Program-made: the position numbers and the translations under genes
Source of the DNA: an uncultured Candidatus Entotheonella sp.
Lineage (GTDB): Bacteria; Tectomicrobia; Entotheonellia; Entotheonellales; Entotheonellaceae
Direction of reading: 5' to 3'
NCBI GenBank assembly: GCA_965215335.1
Contig: CBDCDA010000001.1
Coordinates: 1,280,001 to 1,344,000, forward strand
DNA length: 64,000 nucleotides
In this document: piece after piece, positions 39,717-49,246 of the stretch
How the letters are laid out: the number at the start of each line of letters is the position of its first letter
Numbering within the stretch: the first letter of the stretch is position 1
The notes under the pieces: model-generated
Seen by the model: the letters and a program-made list of their open reading frames with translations, nothing else
Told to the model about the DNA's origin: nothing
Databases searched by the model: none

Positions 39717-41021
39717 ATGTCTCGCCTGTTTTTCCTTGCCGTCGCGCTGCTCGGCTTGGCCCTGTTCCTGGGCTCTCCGACCCCGGCAGCCGATTCCCAC
39801 GTCGATGTTCACGTCGTCGAGGGCATCATCAATCCTGTCGTCGTCGAATACGTGATCCAAAGCATCGAGCAGGCCGAGGCCGGCAACGCCGGCGCGGTCG
39901 TTTTTCAGCTCGACACACCCGGCGGCCTGGTGGAATCGACTCGCCTGATTGTCAAGGCGATTCTGAACGCCGGCGTGCCGGTAGTGGTGTACGTATCGCC
40001 GAGCGGTGCCCGGGCGGCTTCGGCCGGCACCTTCATCACCATCGCCGGACACGTCGCGGCCATGGCGCCGGGTACCAATATCGGCGCCGCGCATCCCGTT
40101 TCCGGGGAAGGTTCCGACATCGAGGGCGACATGCGCACCAAGGCGGAAAACGACCTTGCCGCCTTCGCCCGCTCCATCGCCAACCAGCGGCACAAAAACG
40201 CCGATTGGGCCGAGGAGGCGGTGCGCGAGAGTGTGTCGATTACCGAAACGCGCGCCCTGGAAATCAACGTCATCGACATCGTTGCCGAAGACGTGGCAGA
40301 CCTGCTGGTCCAGCTTGACGGCCACGAGGTGGAGGTGGCGGGCGAGCCGGTCTCCCTGCGCACGGCGGACGCCATCATGGTATCGAAGCAGATGAGCTGG
40401 CGCCAGCGTGTGCTGGCGGTGATCTCCCACCCGCAGTTCGCCCTGATGCTGTTGAGCCTGGGGTCGCTGGGCCTGATGATCGAGCTGTACAACCCGGGGC
40501 TGATCTTTCCCGGCGTCATCGGCGCCATTTCCCTGCTACTGGCTTTCTATTCGCTGCAGACACTGCCGGTGAATTACGCCGGGCTGCTGCTCATCGGGCT
40601 GGGCATGGTCATGTTCATTCTGGAAGCCAGCATCGCCAGCTTCGGCATGCTGACGCTGGGGGGCGTGGTGTCCATGTTCCTGGGCGCGCTCATGCTGATC
40701 GACTCTCCCGAGGAATACCTGCGTATCCCGCTGAGCACGATTGTTGTGGTGGTCGGCACCACGGCGGCCCTGTTTACGTTTATCATTGGCGCTGCGGTGC
40801 GCGGCTTTCGCAACCGGCCGGTCACCGGCTCGGAGGGCATGATTGGCGAGACCGGCACGGTGTTCGACCGCCTCAATCCGAACGGTACCGTGCAGTTGCG
40901 TGGCTCTCTGTGGAGCGCCAGAAGCGCCTCGGACATCAAGGTTGGCGAAGCGGTGCGCATTGTGGGGGTTGACGGCCTGAAATTGACCGTTGAGAAGGCT
41001 ACGGAGGAGAAAATTTCATGA
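39717..41021 (+). CDS. nfeD: NfeD membrane-bound ClpP-class serine protease
   Basis: [23 protein letters not shown] block, C-terminal OB fold; coupled to the stomatin gene. Confidence 0.93.
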   Translation: MSRLFFLAVALLGLALFLGSPTPAADSHVDVHVVEGIINPVVVEYVIQSIEQAEAGNAGAVVFQLDTPGGLVESTRLIVKAILNAGVPVVVYVSPSGARAASAGTFITIAGHVAAMAPGTNIGAAHPVSGEGSDIEGDMRTKAENDLAAFARSIANQRHKNADWAEEAVRESVSITETRALEINVIDIVAEDVADLLVQLDGHEVEVAGEPVSLRTADAIMVSKQMSWRQRVLAVISHPQFALMLLSLGSLGLMIELYNPGLIFPGVIGAISLLLAFYSLQTLPVNYAGLLLIGLGMVMFILEASIASFGMLTLGGVVSMFLGALMLIDSPEEYLRIPLSTIVVVVGTTAALFTFIIGAAVRGFRNRPVTGSEGMIGETGTVFDRLNPNGTVQLRGSLWSARSASDIKVGEAVRIVGVDGLKLTVEKATEEKIS

Positions 41022-41839
41022 TGATTTCGCAGTTTGGATTCGTGCTCATTGTTGTCTTGCTCATCCTCGTCAATGCCATCCGGATTCTGCGCGAGTGGGA
41101 GCGCGGCGTCGTGCTGCGCCTCGGCAAATATCAGGCCGTGCGCGGTCCGGGGCTGGTCTTCATCATTCCGCTGATCGAGAAGATGCACAAGATCAACACG
41201 CGAGTCGTGACCGTCGACGTGCCGCCGCAGGACATCATTACCAAGGATAACGTCACCCTCAAGGTCAACGCCGTCGTGTTCTTCCGGATTCTCAGCCCCC
41301 GGGAGGCGGTGGTGAACGTCGAGGAGTTCTTTTCGGCCACCCACCAGAAGGCGCAAACGGTGCTGCGCAACGTGCTGGGTCAGTTCGAGTTGGACGAGTT
41401 GCTCACCGAGCGCGATGTCATCAACCATCGCCTGCAGACGATTCTGGACTCCGAGACCGACCAGTGGGGGATCAAGGTCGATTCGGTCGAGATCAAGCAC
41501 GTGGACCTGCCGCAGGAAATGCAGCGCGCCATGGCTCGGCAGGCGGAGGCCGAACGCGAGCGACGCTCGAAGATCATCGCGGCGGAGGGCGAGTTTCAGG
41601 CGTCAACACGGCTGGCCGAGGCCGCCGACATCATGGGTCGTCACCCCATGGCATTACAGCTGCGCTTTCTGCAAACCCTTTCCGAAGTGGCGGTGGAGAA
41701 CAATTCGACGATTGTCTTTCCGGTGCCTATCGACCTGATCAAGCCGTTGATGGACATGGCCGAGGGAACCCCCCTGCAGCCTGGCAATGGCGGCCCCAGC
41801 GAGTCCGGCAATGGCGCTGCCGACCGGGTGACCGGGTGA
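41018..41839 (+). CDS. SPFH/stomatin (slipin) family protein
   Basis: [42 protein letters not shown]. Confidence 0.93.
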   Translation: MMISQFGFVLIVVLLILVNAIRILREWERGVVLRLGKYQAVRGPGLVFIIPLIEKMHKINTRVVTVDVPPQDIITKDNVTLKVNAVVFFRILSPREAVVNVEEFFSATHQKAQTVLRNVLGQFELDELLTERDVINHRLQTILDSETDQWGIKVDSVEIKHVDLPQEMQRAMARQAEAERERRSKIIAAEGEFQASTRLAEAADIMGRHPMALQLRFLQTLSEVAVENNSTIVFPVPIDLIKPLMDMAEGTPLQPGNGGPSESGNGAADRVTG

Positions 41840-41866
41840 TTGGAAGCATCGGGCAGCTCCTTTATT

Positions 41867-42001
41867 GCGGAATCATCCATTCGATTCAGCTTCGGTCGTT
41901 TCACCACGGATGACGACATCACGGAAGCCGCCCGCCTCGTCGTGGACAGCCTCGAATCCCTTGCTTTCGCAGGTCTCGGAACAGAGGACAGCAGGTAGAA
42001 G
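41867..42001 (+). repeat. 135-bp direct repeat, left copy (isolated 3' end of the cysteine desulfurase gene)
   Basis: Matches 54794-54928 with one mismatch (41939 G vs 54866 C). Confidence 0.95.
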
Positions 42002-42019
42002 GGGAGATGTCAATACGCC

Positions 42020-42931
42020 TCAACGTGGCTTCAGACGGGTAACGAATGACTCTGGTGCTACCTCGAACCGATCAGCAAAAAAGACGCTGATCCAGTCTCG
42101 CACAATGCGCCACTGTCGCTTGATATCCTGTCTTTCTAAGTCTGGTCGATTTTCTTTGACGCGCATGACGCCACGGGCGTCTGTAAGACCTTGCGGCACT
42201 TCTTCAATAATGCGACCGAATGCGGGCATCAAAAGAAGAGTACTTTGCACGGCTGCCTCGAAATCTATCGGCGAAAGCCCGCGCTGTATCTGTAAATCTC
42301 GAAGGTCTGAAAAACCGTCAGATTTGGTGCTATCAACCACAACTGCTGTTTCGGGATTTCGGTACATTTCATAAAGTTTATCGGGTGCGGCACATCGGGG
42401 TAACCAAGCCAGCCCACGGCTTTCGCCATCGTCAATCATTTCCTGGGCTTCGTCGAGCACATTCGATTGCAAGGTGGCAACGGCTGCCTCGATTTCCAAA
42501 CGCTTGGCGGCTGTGGCGGGCATCGCTGACCCCAAGCGTTCCAAAAAACGGGCCACTTCAGGATCGTTAGGCAGTGCAGGCACAAGAAGCTCGATATTGC
42601 TGCGTTCGGACCAGCCTAATGCGCTTGCCGTCAGATTAGCGGAACCAACCAGGCATTGATTATCCGCCAGATAAAGCTTGGCGTGCAGATCATCCAAAAG
42701 TGCCAATTTCGTATTTGGCCGTTCATCTACAACTAACAAGGTATCAAGATCACTTACCCCGGCGGCGACCTCGGCAGTCCTCCATCTTGTAACAACTTGC
42801 ACGGGTATCGACTCCGGAACGATCGGGAGAATAATCTGCAACACTCTCGCCTTAACAAATGGCGCACACAGAATCACCCGGTGTCTTGCGCCTGCCAAAA
42901 GGGACTTGATGCGTTCCCCGTCCGTGATCAT
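42020..42931 (-). CDS. Phospholipase D-family (HKD) nuclease-like protein
   Basis: LCAPF, LHAKLYLAD, VGSANLT, SNIE. Confidence 0.85.
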   Translation of the reverse strand: MITDGERIKSLLAGARHRVILCAPFVKARVLQIILPIVPESIPVQVVTRWRTAEVAAGVSDLDTLLVVDERPNTKLALLDDLHAKLYLADNQCLVGSANLTASALGWSERSNIELLVPALPNDPEVARFLERLGSAMPATAAKRLEIEAAVATLQSNVLDEAQEMIDDGESRGLAWLPRCAAPDKLYEMYRNPETAVVVDSTKSDGFSDLRDLQIQRGLSPIDFEAAVQSTLLLMPAFGRIIEEVPQGLTDARGVMRVKENRPDLERQDIKRQWRIVRDWISVFFADRFEVAPESFVTRLKPR

Positions 42932-42951
42932 GAGCGTCTGCCCCCGGGGAG

Positions 42952-44817
42952 TTACAATTCGGCATCAGAGTCTGGTTGTAAGAAGTCCGCCGCCATATGC
43001 CCCCACTCAAGACGCACCTTCCGAAGGCGTTTGGCAAGATCCACACCCGCTTCACGCTCGTAACGTGCCCAGGCTGCAAAGACAATTTTGGCAGCATTCA
43101 CCGCCCTGGCCAGACGCTCAACTACCTCTTCCTTAGAAAGTTTGCTTACATCCTCATCAATCGTAGCAATAGTACCAAAGATATCGTCGAAGGCAGGATG
43201 CTGCCTGTTAAAGGTAATCTCCGTTGTATTTCCCTTCATCTCCACATGGAATAGGTTAAAGGGGTCTGGAAAGTCTGCCTCCAGAAAGATCACCTTTAGC
43301 TCTGCATCTCTTATTAGAGACACAAGTTCCTCCGCGTTGACCTGACTGTATTTCTTGTTCTTAGTAAGGTCAACGCGGATTTCATCCAAGTCATTATCCG
43401 TCGGAGACTTGTTTTCTCCTTCGAGGGGTCGCTCCCTGGATCGTTCCTTCCATGCCTCATTGACGGTCCTCGTGACATCGTCCGGAGTATCGTGACGTGT
43501 CCTGCCTTTCCGTTTCGTAGATCGCAGTCCTGCACCTTGAGCCTTGATCCCCTCACGTAGTCGGACAAGGTTTCGTTTGATACTGTCGCTCAAGACAAGT
43601 AGCCAACCACGCGGATCTCCGTCTTCTTTGAGCCGATTTACCACATCAATAAATTCCTCCCCCTCTTCTGCGAGTTGAGCCCATTCCATTGAGGCCAACT
43701 CCGAAAAATGCGTAGTTGCTTGTTTGTTGTTTGTGAGACCGAATACTTCATCCAAAGTCGGTGGAAACTCTATTTCAACACCCCACCAGCGTTCTCTTGG
43801 GTCGTATTCGATGGACCAGCCCGTATCAAGCGTAATCTCCCGCCCTGCACGAAGCACCGAAACACCAGTGTTGTTTCGTGCGTCCTTACCATACTTGGTA
43901 TCGCCTCGTTGCTGCGTACCTGCATTGTCTACCGTGTCCTGTGTAGCTACTGAATACCGGACCTGTACAGTGTGCTTTTCGCCATTATGCTCGATCTCAC
44001 ATGGATCGTCGAACACATGTTCGAACATTGGTTTCTCATGGAACGGTGGCGGCATTAAAGGAGAAGCATTTAGGTAAAGTGGATCGTTGAAGGCCGCCTC
44101 CCGGTCAACAAGTACGTGATCACTATCGGCCTCTCTGGCAAAAAGTCGGATCGTCACTGACCCGTCTAGGATAAAGCGCCGATAAATCCGCCCCACAATC
44201 CGTTCCATATTGCGAAAGGTATGCTTTGCACTCTTCCAAGTCAGCCTACCGGTATCAAGGTCCGACCAAACTACCAATGTTCCTCTATGCCCAATGTCAG
44301 TAGACAACACACGCCACTCTTCAGGAACTGAATCGTGCTTTGGCGCTGGGATTTCACGCATGCTCTCATCTTCAATCTCATCAAGGTCAATAAATGTCTT
44401 GATTGCGTTGTCCGGCCCGTTTCGCCAACTCCAAACGTCCACCCGTTTCGCTTGCGAGATTGATGCGTTGGGAAGCCCCATACCGAAACGACCGATGCCA
44501 GATCGATCGTTCAAGCGCGTACCATTTCCAAATTGAAGTGCCATTCTCAATGTCGGTTCGTCCATACCTGCCCCATTGTCAATAACCGCAATCTTGTAAA
44601 GCCTTCTGCGCTCTCGAGTCTGGACAGTCTCACGCTTTTCGACACAAAGCACTTCGATCATTGATGCATCAGCTTGCACAGCGTTATCAATAAGTTCGGC
44701 AAGCGCATAAGCCGTGTTCTTATACCCCGAATCACGCATCGCCGTTATGGCGAGATGCTGAGGAATGATTGGAGCGTCGAACAGGTCTCCTTGCTCAGAA
44801 CTCTCAACGCGGGTCAT
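42952..44817 (-). CDS. MORC-type GHKL ATPase
   Basis: RDSGYK..ALAELIDNA, DNGAGM, GRFGMG and GTLVVW Bergerat-fold motifs; start MTRVE overlaps the helicase stop. Confidence 0.85.
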   Translation of the reverse strand: MTRVESSEQGDLFDAPIIPQHLAITAMRDSGYKNTAYALAELIDNAVQADASMIEVLCVEKRETVQTRERRRLYKIAVIDNGAGMDEPTLRMALQFGNGTRLNDRSGIGRFGMGLPNASISQAKRVDVWSWRNGPDNAIKTFIDLDEIEDESMREIPAPKHDSVPEEWRVLSTDIGHRGTLVVWSDLDTGRLTWKSAKHTFRNMERIVGRIYRRFILDGSVTIRLFAREADSDHVLVDREAAFNDPLYLNASPLMPPPFHEKPMFEHVFDDPCEIEHNGEKHTVQVRYSVATQDTVDNAGTQQRGDTKYGKDARNNTGVSVLRAGREITLDTGWSIEYDPRERWWGVEIEFPPTLDEVFGLTNNKQATTHFSELASMEWAQLAEEGEEFIDVVNRLKEDGDPRGWLLVLSDSIKRNLVRLREGIKAQGAGLRSTKRKGRTRHDTPDDVTRTVNEAWKERSRERPLEGENKSPTDNDLDEIRVDLTKNKKYSQVNAEELVSLIRDAELKVIFLEADFPDPFNLFHVEMKGNTTEITFNRQHPAFDDIFGTIATIDEDVSKLSKEEVVERLARAVNAAKIVFAAWARYEREAGVDLAKRLRKVRLEWGHMAADFLQPDSDAEL

Positions 44818-46462
44818 GCCACACATCCTCCCAATTTGTAAATGCCTCCGCCACATCGCCAAAACCTGGCAAGTGTATGTCAACAACGGTTGAAACCGTA
44901 CAGGTTCTATTGCCGCCCGCCCTCGGTCCTCGCGTCGCCCGGCCCGCCATTTGGCTGAACAACACGAGGGATTTTGTCGGTCTGGCAATCACGGCGGCAC
45001 TGGTATTTGGCGCGTCGAATCCCGTTGTGAGCACACCGAAATTACATAACACCATAGGGTCTGTGCTGGGCCGCCGGAAGGCTTTGATTGACCGTGACCG
45101 GGCGGCTACCCCCGTTCTGGCCGTCACAACACGTGCATCAATGCCTATCGCCATCAGCGCTGACGCCAGTACCTCAGCATGCCGGACCGACGCCGCAAAC
45201 AGTATCAACCTTCGATGGCCCTCTTCATTTATCAAACGCCGTATCTCATTGACGACCACGACGTTGCGGTCCTCTTGGCCTGCTATAGCCTCAAGCACCT
45301 TTGGTTCGTAGTCATTACCTGTAGCCGCCTTTTTCAACCGAGATCGGAGTTCAGGAGTCGTATCCACTTCGAGACGCCTGAACGTTGTTTTCGCCAAGTA
45401 CCCCTGCTCCATAAGGAACGACACCGGATTGTCCCGGCCCTCAACTTCCAGCATGACCTTACGGCCGTTGAAGAATTCGGATAGTTGCTCGTCTGCCGAA
45501 ATATTCGACCATGTGCGGCCTGGGGTCGCCGTCAAGCCAAGGAGAGCGTTATTTGCACCTGTCTCAGTCAAGGTTTCAATTACTTCCCGATAGGTCGGTG
45601 CGATGGCCTGATGCGCTTCGTCAACGACAACCAGCTTAACCGACCTTGCAATTCGCAAGACCCCAATAGGGTCCCTTGTTTTCCATGCGTGCATCTTTTG
45701 TAAACCGGCGATGATTAAACCATCCGAGATTGCAGAAATATCTGGCGTGTAATCCCCCCAGAAGCGCCCGATATCAATCGGGCGATTGCCAAGCCTTGAC
45801 CAAACGCCTTGGAACGCGTCTGCTGCCTGATCGAGCAATTCGGCGCTTGCAGCCAACCAAACGACGACAACCGGTTCGTGTTCTGTCATAACCCGGCTCA
45901 CAATGTGCATTGCCGTTCTGGTCTTGCCCGCCCCCGTCGGCATATGAAGAACGACCCGCCCATGCCCGCCCCGAATTGCATCACAAACGCGGTCCGCGGC
46001 ACGTCGCTGATGCGGGAACAGTCCGAACTCAGGACGAACGGACTGGCGCTCAGGTTCAGCCGAGAAAAACACCGGGCCACGCGTGTCAATCCCGAAGAAT
46101 CCCAGAAAGGTCTCGCAAATCCGGTCATCCTTAGTCGGATCGAGAGCACGGACCAGTCTGACATTCGGGACACCCAGCCGGTCCGCGAATTCGGTGAGCT
46201 TTTCATCTGACATGACGCCGTAAACAATCCTTCGGACATCTCTGCGAGCCAAGAGAACATCAGGCTTGTCGCGGAGCACGCCAGCGGCGACCTGTCGTAG
46301 GATCGCGATTTTCTCTTCAGGATCAACAAGTCTGTCAATCAGAGAAACAACGTCTTGCCCCAGTATCGTGACCAGTTCAACCGGCTTGAGGAGCTGTACT
46401 ACCTCATCCAAATCTTGTCCGGGACCATTCGTGAAAGTGAGTGACGATTTCGTCTCAGCCAT
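44804..46462 (-). CDS. SF2 DEAD/DEAH-box helicase
   Basis: LFPHQ, MPTGAGKT, DEAH, GLTATP, LTTGFD, QMAGRATR. Confidence 0.92.
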   Translation of the reverse strand: MAETKSSLTFTNGPGQDLDEVVQLLKPVELVTILGQDVVSLIDRLVDPEEKIAILRQVAAGVLRDKPDVLLARRDVRRIVYGVMSDEKLTEFADRLGVPNVRLVRALDPTKDDRICETFLGFFGIDTRGPVFFSAEPERQSVRPEFGLFPHQRRAADRVCDAIRGGHGRVVLHMPTGAGKTRTAMHIVSRVMTEHEPVVVVWLAASAELLDQAADAFQGVWSRLGNRPIDIGRFWGDYTPDISAISDGLIIAGLQKMHAWKTRDPIGVLRIARSVKLVVVDEAHQAIAPTYREVIETLTETGANNALLGLTATPGRTWSNISADEQLSEFFNGRKVMLEVEGRDNPVSFLMEQGYLAKTTFRRLEVDTTPELRSRLKKAATGNDYEPKVLEAIAGQEDRNVVVVNEIRRLINEEGHRRLILFAASVRHAEVLASALMAIGIDARVVTARTGVAARSRSIKAFRRPSTDPMVLCNFGVLTTGFDAPNTSAAVIARPTKSLVLFSQMAGRATRGPRAGGNRTCTVSTVVDIHLPGFGDVAEAFTNWEDVWHDPR

Positions 46463-46598
46463 GTTGATCTTCGCAGCTTGCCTTGAGCGACAGCTTTATG
46501 GGGCCATCACGGAAGTATGGAGGTTCTCACTGGAATTCTGCTGTAACCGACACCCCCAGATGAGGGGAACACACCTGGAAATGAAGCAAATTGTTCAC

Positions 46599-47891
46599 TC
46601 AACAGATCTCTGGGCGGGAGTAGTAAAGTGGAAGATCGATCTCATCAGGCGCCCGATTAAGAGCACCAGCGTACTGCCTCCTTAGCGCATCGGCCGTTGC
46701 TTTGTAAGGCGCCTTGGAAAGGTCGCCACCCAGTGCGTTGAAGATCAATCGGCGGGCGATATTCTGATTCTCTTTCGCGGTTATCATCCGCTTGTTGGCG
46801 CTGTCCCAAAGCAGCCCTGTCCACGGGTATTCCGATAACTCAGTGGGGGTGTGGCCAACGCACTCCAAAGCAGTGGCATCACTCAGGCCCATACTGGAAC
46901 GAAGGTCCACAGCAACGCGGGTGACCAGAAGCAGGCCGACTGGCCGAAACAGCAAGTGCCCGCCATGGATGCTCCGGTACTTGCCCACGACCTCTGCTTC
47001 TGCCGAGCTTGCCCGCAGTTCTGTCAGTGGTGGAAATTGACCACTCAAGCCATCCCAAAACTTCACGGCCTTTGAGTACAAGACATCAACCTCCTTTTCA
47101 GGAGGTCGCCAACGCTTATAATCGTTCCAGCCTTTCTTGCGATCGCGCAGGACAATGTCCATCGTGTCATACAACGTTGCAATTGTCGTCAGATTGGCAC
47201 GGTCATCGGGCTTAATGGAGTTCTTCAGGCCCGTGTCTACCTTGTTGCGCAACAGAGGATGCTCTTCCAGAAGTCTCCGTGTGACAACTGCAATCACGTC
47301 GTCCTCGTCGAGCGCGATGATATCCCGCTTATTCACGGGCTTGGCATACCGGTTGAGCGTCGAAAAAAGGCGCCGTGTGCGCTCAAAACCTTCAGGGTCC
47401 TTGTCACGCTCACTAGCCGTGACCCCTTTGACAAAAATTGTGCACACCTCCTCTTCTTCTAGTGACCTGTCTTGAACGACGGCCTCCTTTATCCCCTTTA
47501 CACGATGCTGTCCGTCAATCGCGAACAACGTTTCGTCCCCGCTGAGTTCGAGGAAGCCTATTGACCCCTCGGGGTGTTCCGGCACGTCGGCAACGCCCTC
47601 TCTTCCCTTAACGGAAAGGTCATGCCAATTCGGACTGCCGCCGTAACTGCCAATGACGATCGCATTGAAAAACCGCTGCTCTTGGCCGAGCAAATACTCA
47701 GCAATCCTTTTGGAATTATTCGTGAGCATTCTCTGCAGCAAGTCCTTCAGGGACGCACTGGTGTGGATATCATCGACAACGCTGATCCGGGAGGCGATTT
47801 CCTTCATGCTGATGAACGATATGTAATAAATCCAGTCTCCCATTTTTGCGCGCAGAGCGGGCAGAAATAGTCGGCTTAGATTGGTGCTCAT
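46599..47891 (-). CDS. DGQHR domain (DndB-like) protein
   Basis: LQR...RFFNAIV, AIDGQHR, RRLFSTLNRYAKPV, LDEDD; ATG overlaps the upstream TGA. Confidence 0.9.
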   Translation of the reverse strand: MSTNLSRLFLPALRAKMGDWIYYISFISMKEIASRISVVDDIHTSASLKDLLQRMLTNNSKRIAEYLLGQEQRFFNAIVIGSYGGSPNWHDLSVKGREGVADVPEHPEGSIGFLELSGDETLFAIDGQHRVKGIKEAVVQDRSLEEEEVCTIFVKGVTASERDKDPEGFERTRRLFSTLNRYAKPVNKRDIIALDEDDVIAVVTRRLLEEHPLLRNKVDTGLKNSIKPDDRANLTTIATLYDTMDIVLRDRKKGWNDYKRWRPPEKEVDVLYSKAVKFWDGLSGQFPPLTELRASSAEAEVVGKYRSIHGGHLLFRPVGLLLVTRVAVDLRSSMGLSDATALECVGHTPTELSEYPWTGLLWDSANKRMITAKENQNIARRLIFNALGGDLSKAPYKATADALRRQYAGALNRAPDEIDLPLYYSRPEIC

Positions 47892-48397
47892 CAGAATGCT
47901 CCTTTTGCCGTGTTTATCTCCCCGGTAAACCTGGCATTGCAAGGAGGCACAAACGCGTTGATCAATTGTTCTTCCATGTCATCAAGCTCTCTTTCGTCAA
48001 CACCAGAATAGAAAAACTGTATGTAGCCGCGATACTTTTCGAGAAGCCGTACGATCTTGGGACGCTTGTGACGTTCGACAGTCAAGTAATCAATGAAACG
48101 CTGACGAAGATCCTTGGCTTTACCGAGATACATGAGATAAGAACAAGCCGGGTGCCCGGCAGTTCCGGGCTGAATCACCAGCGAATAGACGCCGGCATAC
48201 CGAGGCACTTCACTTCTCTGACGGTTGTTAAGTTCAACGCCTTGCCAAGGCAGACTTAGCTCCGGGTTGCGAGTCAGCCATTGGCGTGGCCACAGGCATA
48301 TGTCCCAAACGTGAGCCCTGTATTCATCTTGTGCTGCTACGACGTCCGCCGGCGAAGACTGCCTTGATTCGTTTTCTGCCATCGAACCCGTCTTCAT
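47891..48397 (-). CDS. GIY-YIG family nuclease
   Basis: GVY...YLGKAKDLRQRF...MEEQLI...PPCN; start at 48397 or 48382. Confidence 0.8.
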   Translation of the reverse strand: MKTGSMAENESRQSSPADVVAAQDEYRAHVWDICLWPRQWLTRNPELSLPWQGVELNNRQRSEVPRYAGVYSLVIQPGTAGHPACSYLMYLGKAKDLRQRFIDYLTVERHKRPKIVRLLEKYRGYIQFFYSGVDERELDDMEEQLINAFVPPCNARFTGEINTAKGAF

Positions 48398-48407
48398 TTC
48401 CCTGTTT

Positions 48408-49235
48408 CTATTTGTGACACGCCAAGCACGCCTTTGCTTTCCCATAAAGGTCATCAATATCAAGCGGCTCACTATCCGGCCTTAGTGGATTACGTTGAAC
48501 CTTGGAGCGCATCCGGGCGAGCCGTTGCTCGTAATCCCGTCTGATCTGCTCAATGCGTTTCGGTTGCTCTAATTCCTCTAGTGACTCCCCTTGGCTCCAG
48601 GTAAACGGTGAGCCGTGTTCAACGGCGTTTTTCTCGTACGCCTTGGCCTCCTCGAAATAGTCCGGATGCCGCTCCATCAGCCGCACCCACTCGATCTTTT
48701 GCTGGAAGAAGCAGAACGTGCAGCCGCTTCGGGTGCGCCATTCGTAGTATCTGGGCAAGCCCAAGCCCGTTCCTTCCAGAATCTCCAGTACCCTGGCCTT
48801 GTCGATACCGGCGTCCTTGAAGGGTAGCCGCACATGGAGACCCTCGTGTTTTGAGGCGTAGCCTTCGCGGTACTGCTCGTCGGCACGGATGGCTACGTAG
48901 CTGTAGACAGTGGTGCCGGCATTCAACATAGGGCGGAGCCATTGCTCGAAGGGTCGTAGTTTGAGTTGTCGCGTACACCAGCGGGTCTGCGGCGACGGCA
49001 GGAAATTGTTGTATTGCTTAAGCCAGAAATCAAAATCCCGGTCGGGATTCAACCGCAAGATGGGCTCGCCGAGAAAGCCTTCCAGCTTGACGAGGAACTC
49101 GTAGACCTCGGGCAACTCCTTGCCTGTATCGGTGAAGAAGTAGGCGATGTCCAATTCGGGGTGGTTCTCACGCATGTAGACGGCGAGCGCGGCACTGTCG
49201 CGGCCACCGGAAAGCCCCAGCACGTGTCGTTCCAT
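48408..49235 (-). CDS. sspD: PAPS-reductase family protein (SspD/DndC-like)
   Basis: SGGRDS PP-loop, DTGKE, RWCT, RSGCTFC, C-terminal CLACH; follows the DUF4007 and ATPase genes. Confidence 0.85.
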   Translation of the reverse strand: MERHVLGLSGGRDSAALAVYMRENHPELDIAYFFTDTGKELPEVYEFLVKLEGFLGEPILRLNPDRDFDFWLKQYNNFLPSPQTRWCTRQLKLRPFEQWLRPMLNAGTTVYSYVAIRADEQYREGYASKHEGLHVRLPFKDAGIDKARVLEILEGTGLGLPRYYEWRTRSGCTFCFFQQKIEWVRLMERHPDYFEEAKAYEKNAVEHGSPFTWSQGESLEELEQPKRIEQIRRDYEQRLARMRSKVQRNPLRPDSEPLDIDDLYGKAKACLACHK

Positions 49236-49246
49236 GCCCGCAGCCC

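Noticed and set aside
42952..44817. Sensor histidine kinase or MutL/Hsp90
   Set aside because: The GHKL domain is N-terminal with no H-box, TM or receiver partner; context and motifs fit the MORC type.
48408..49235. Sulfate assimilation CysH
   Set aside because: No cys pathway neighbours; the DUF4007/ATPase/desulfurase context points to DNA modification.
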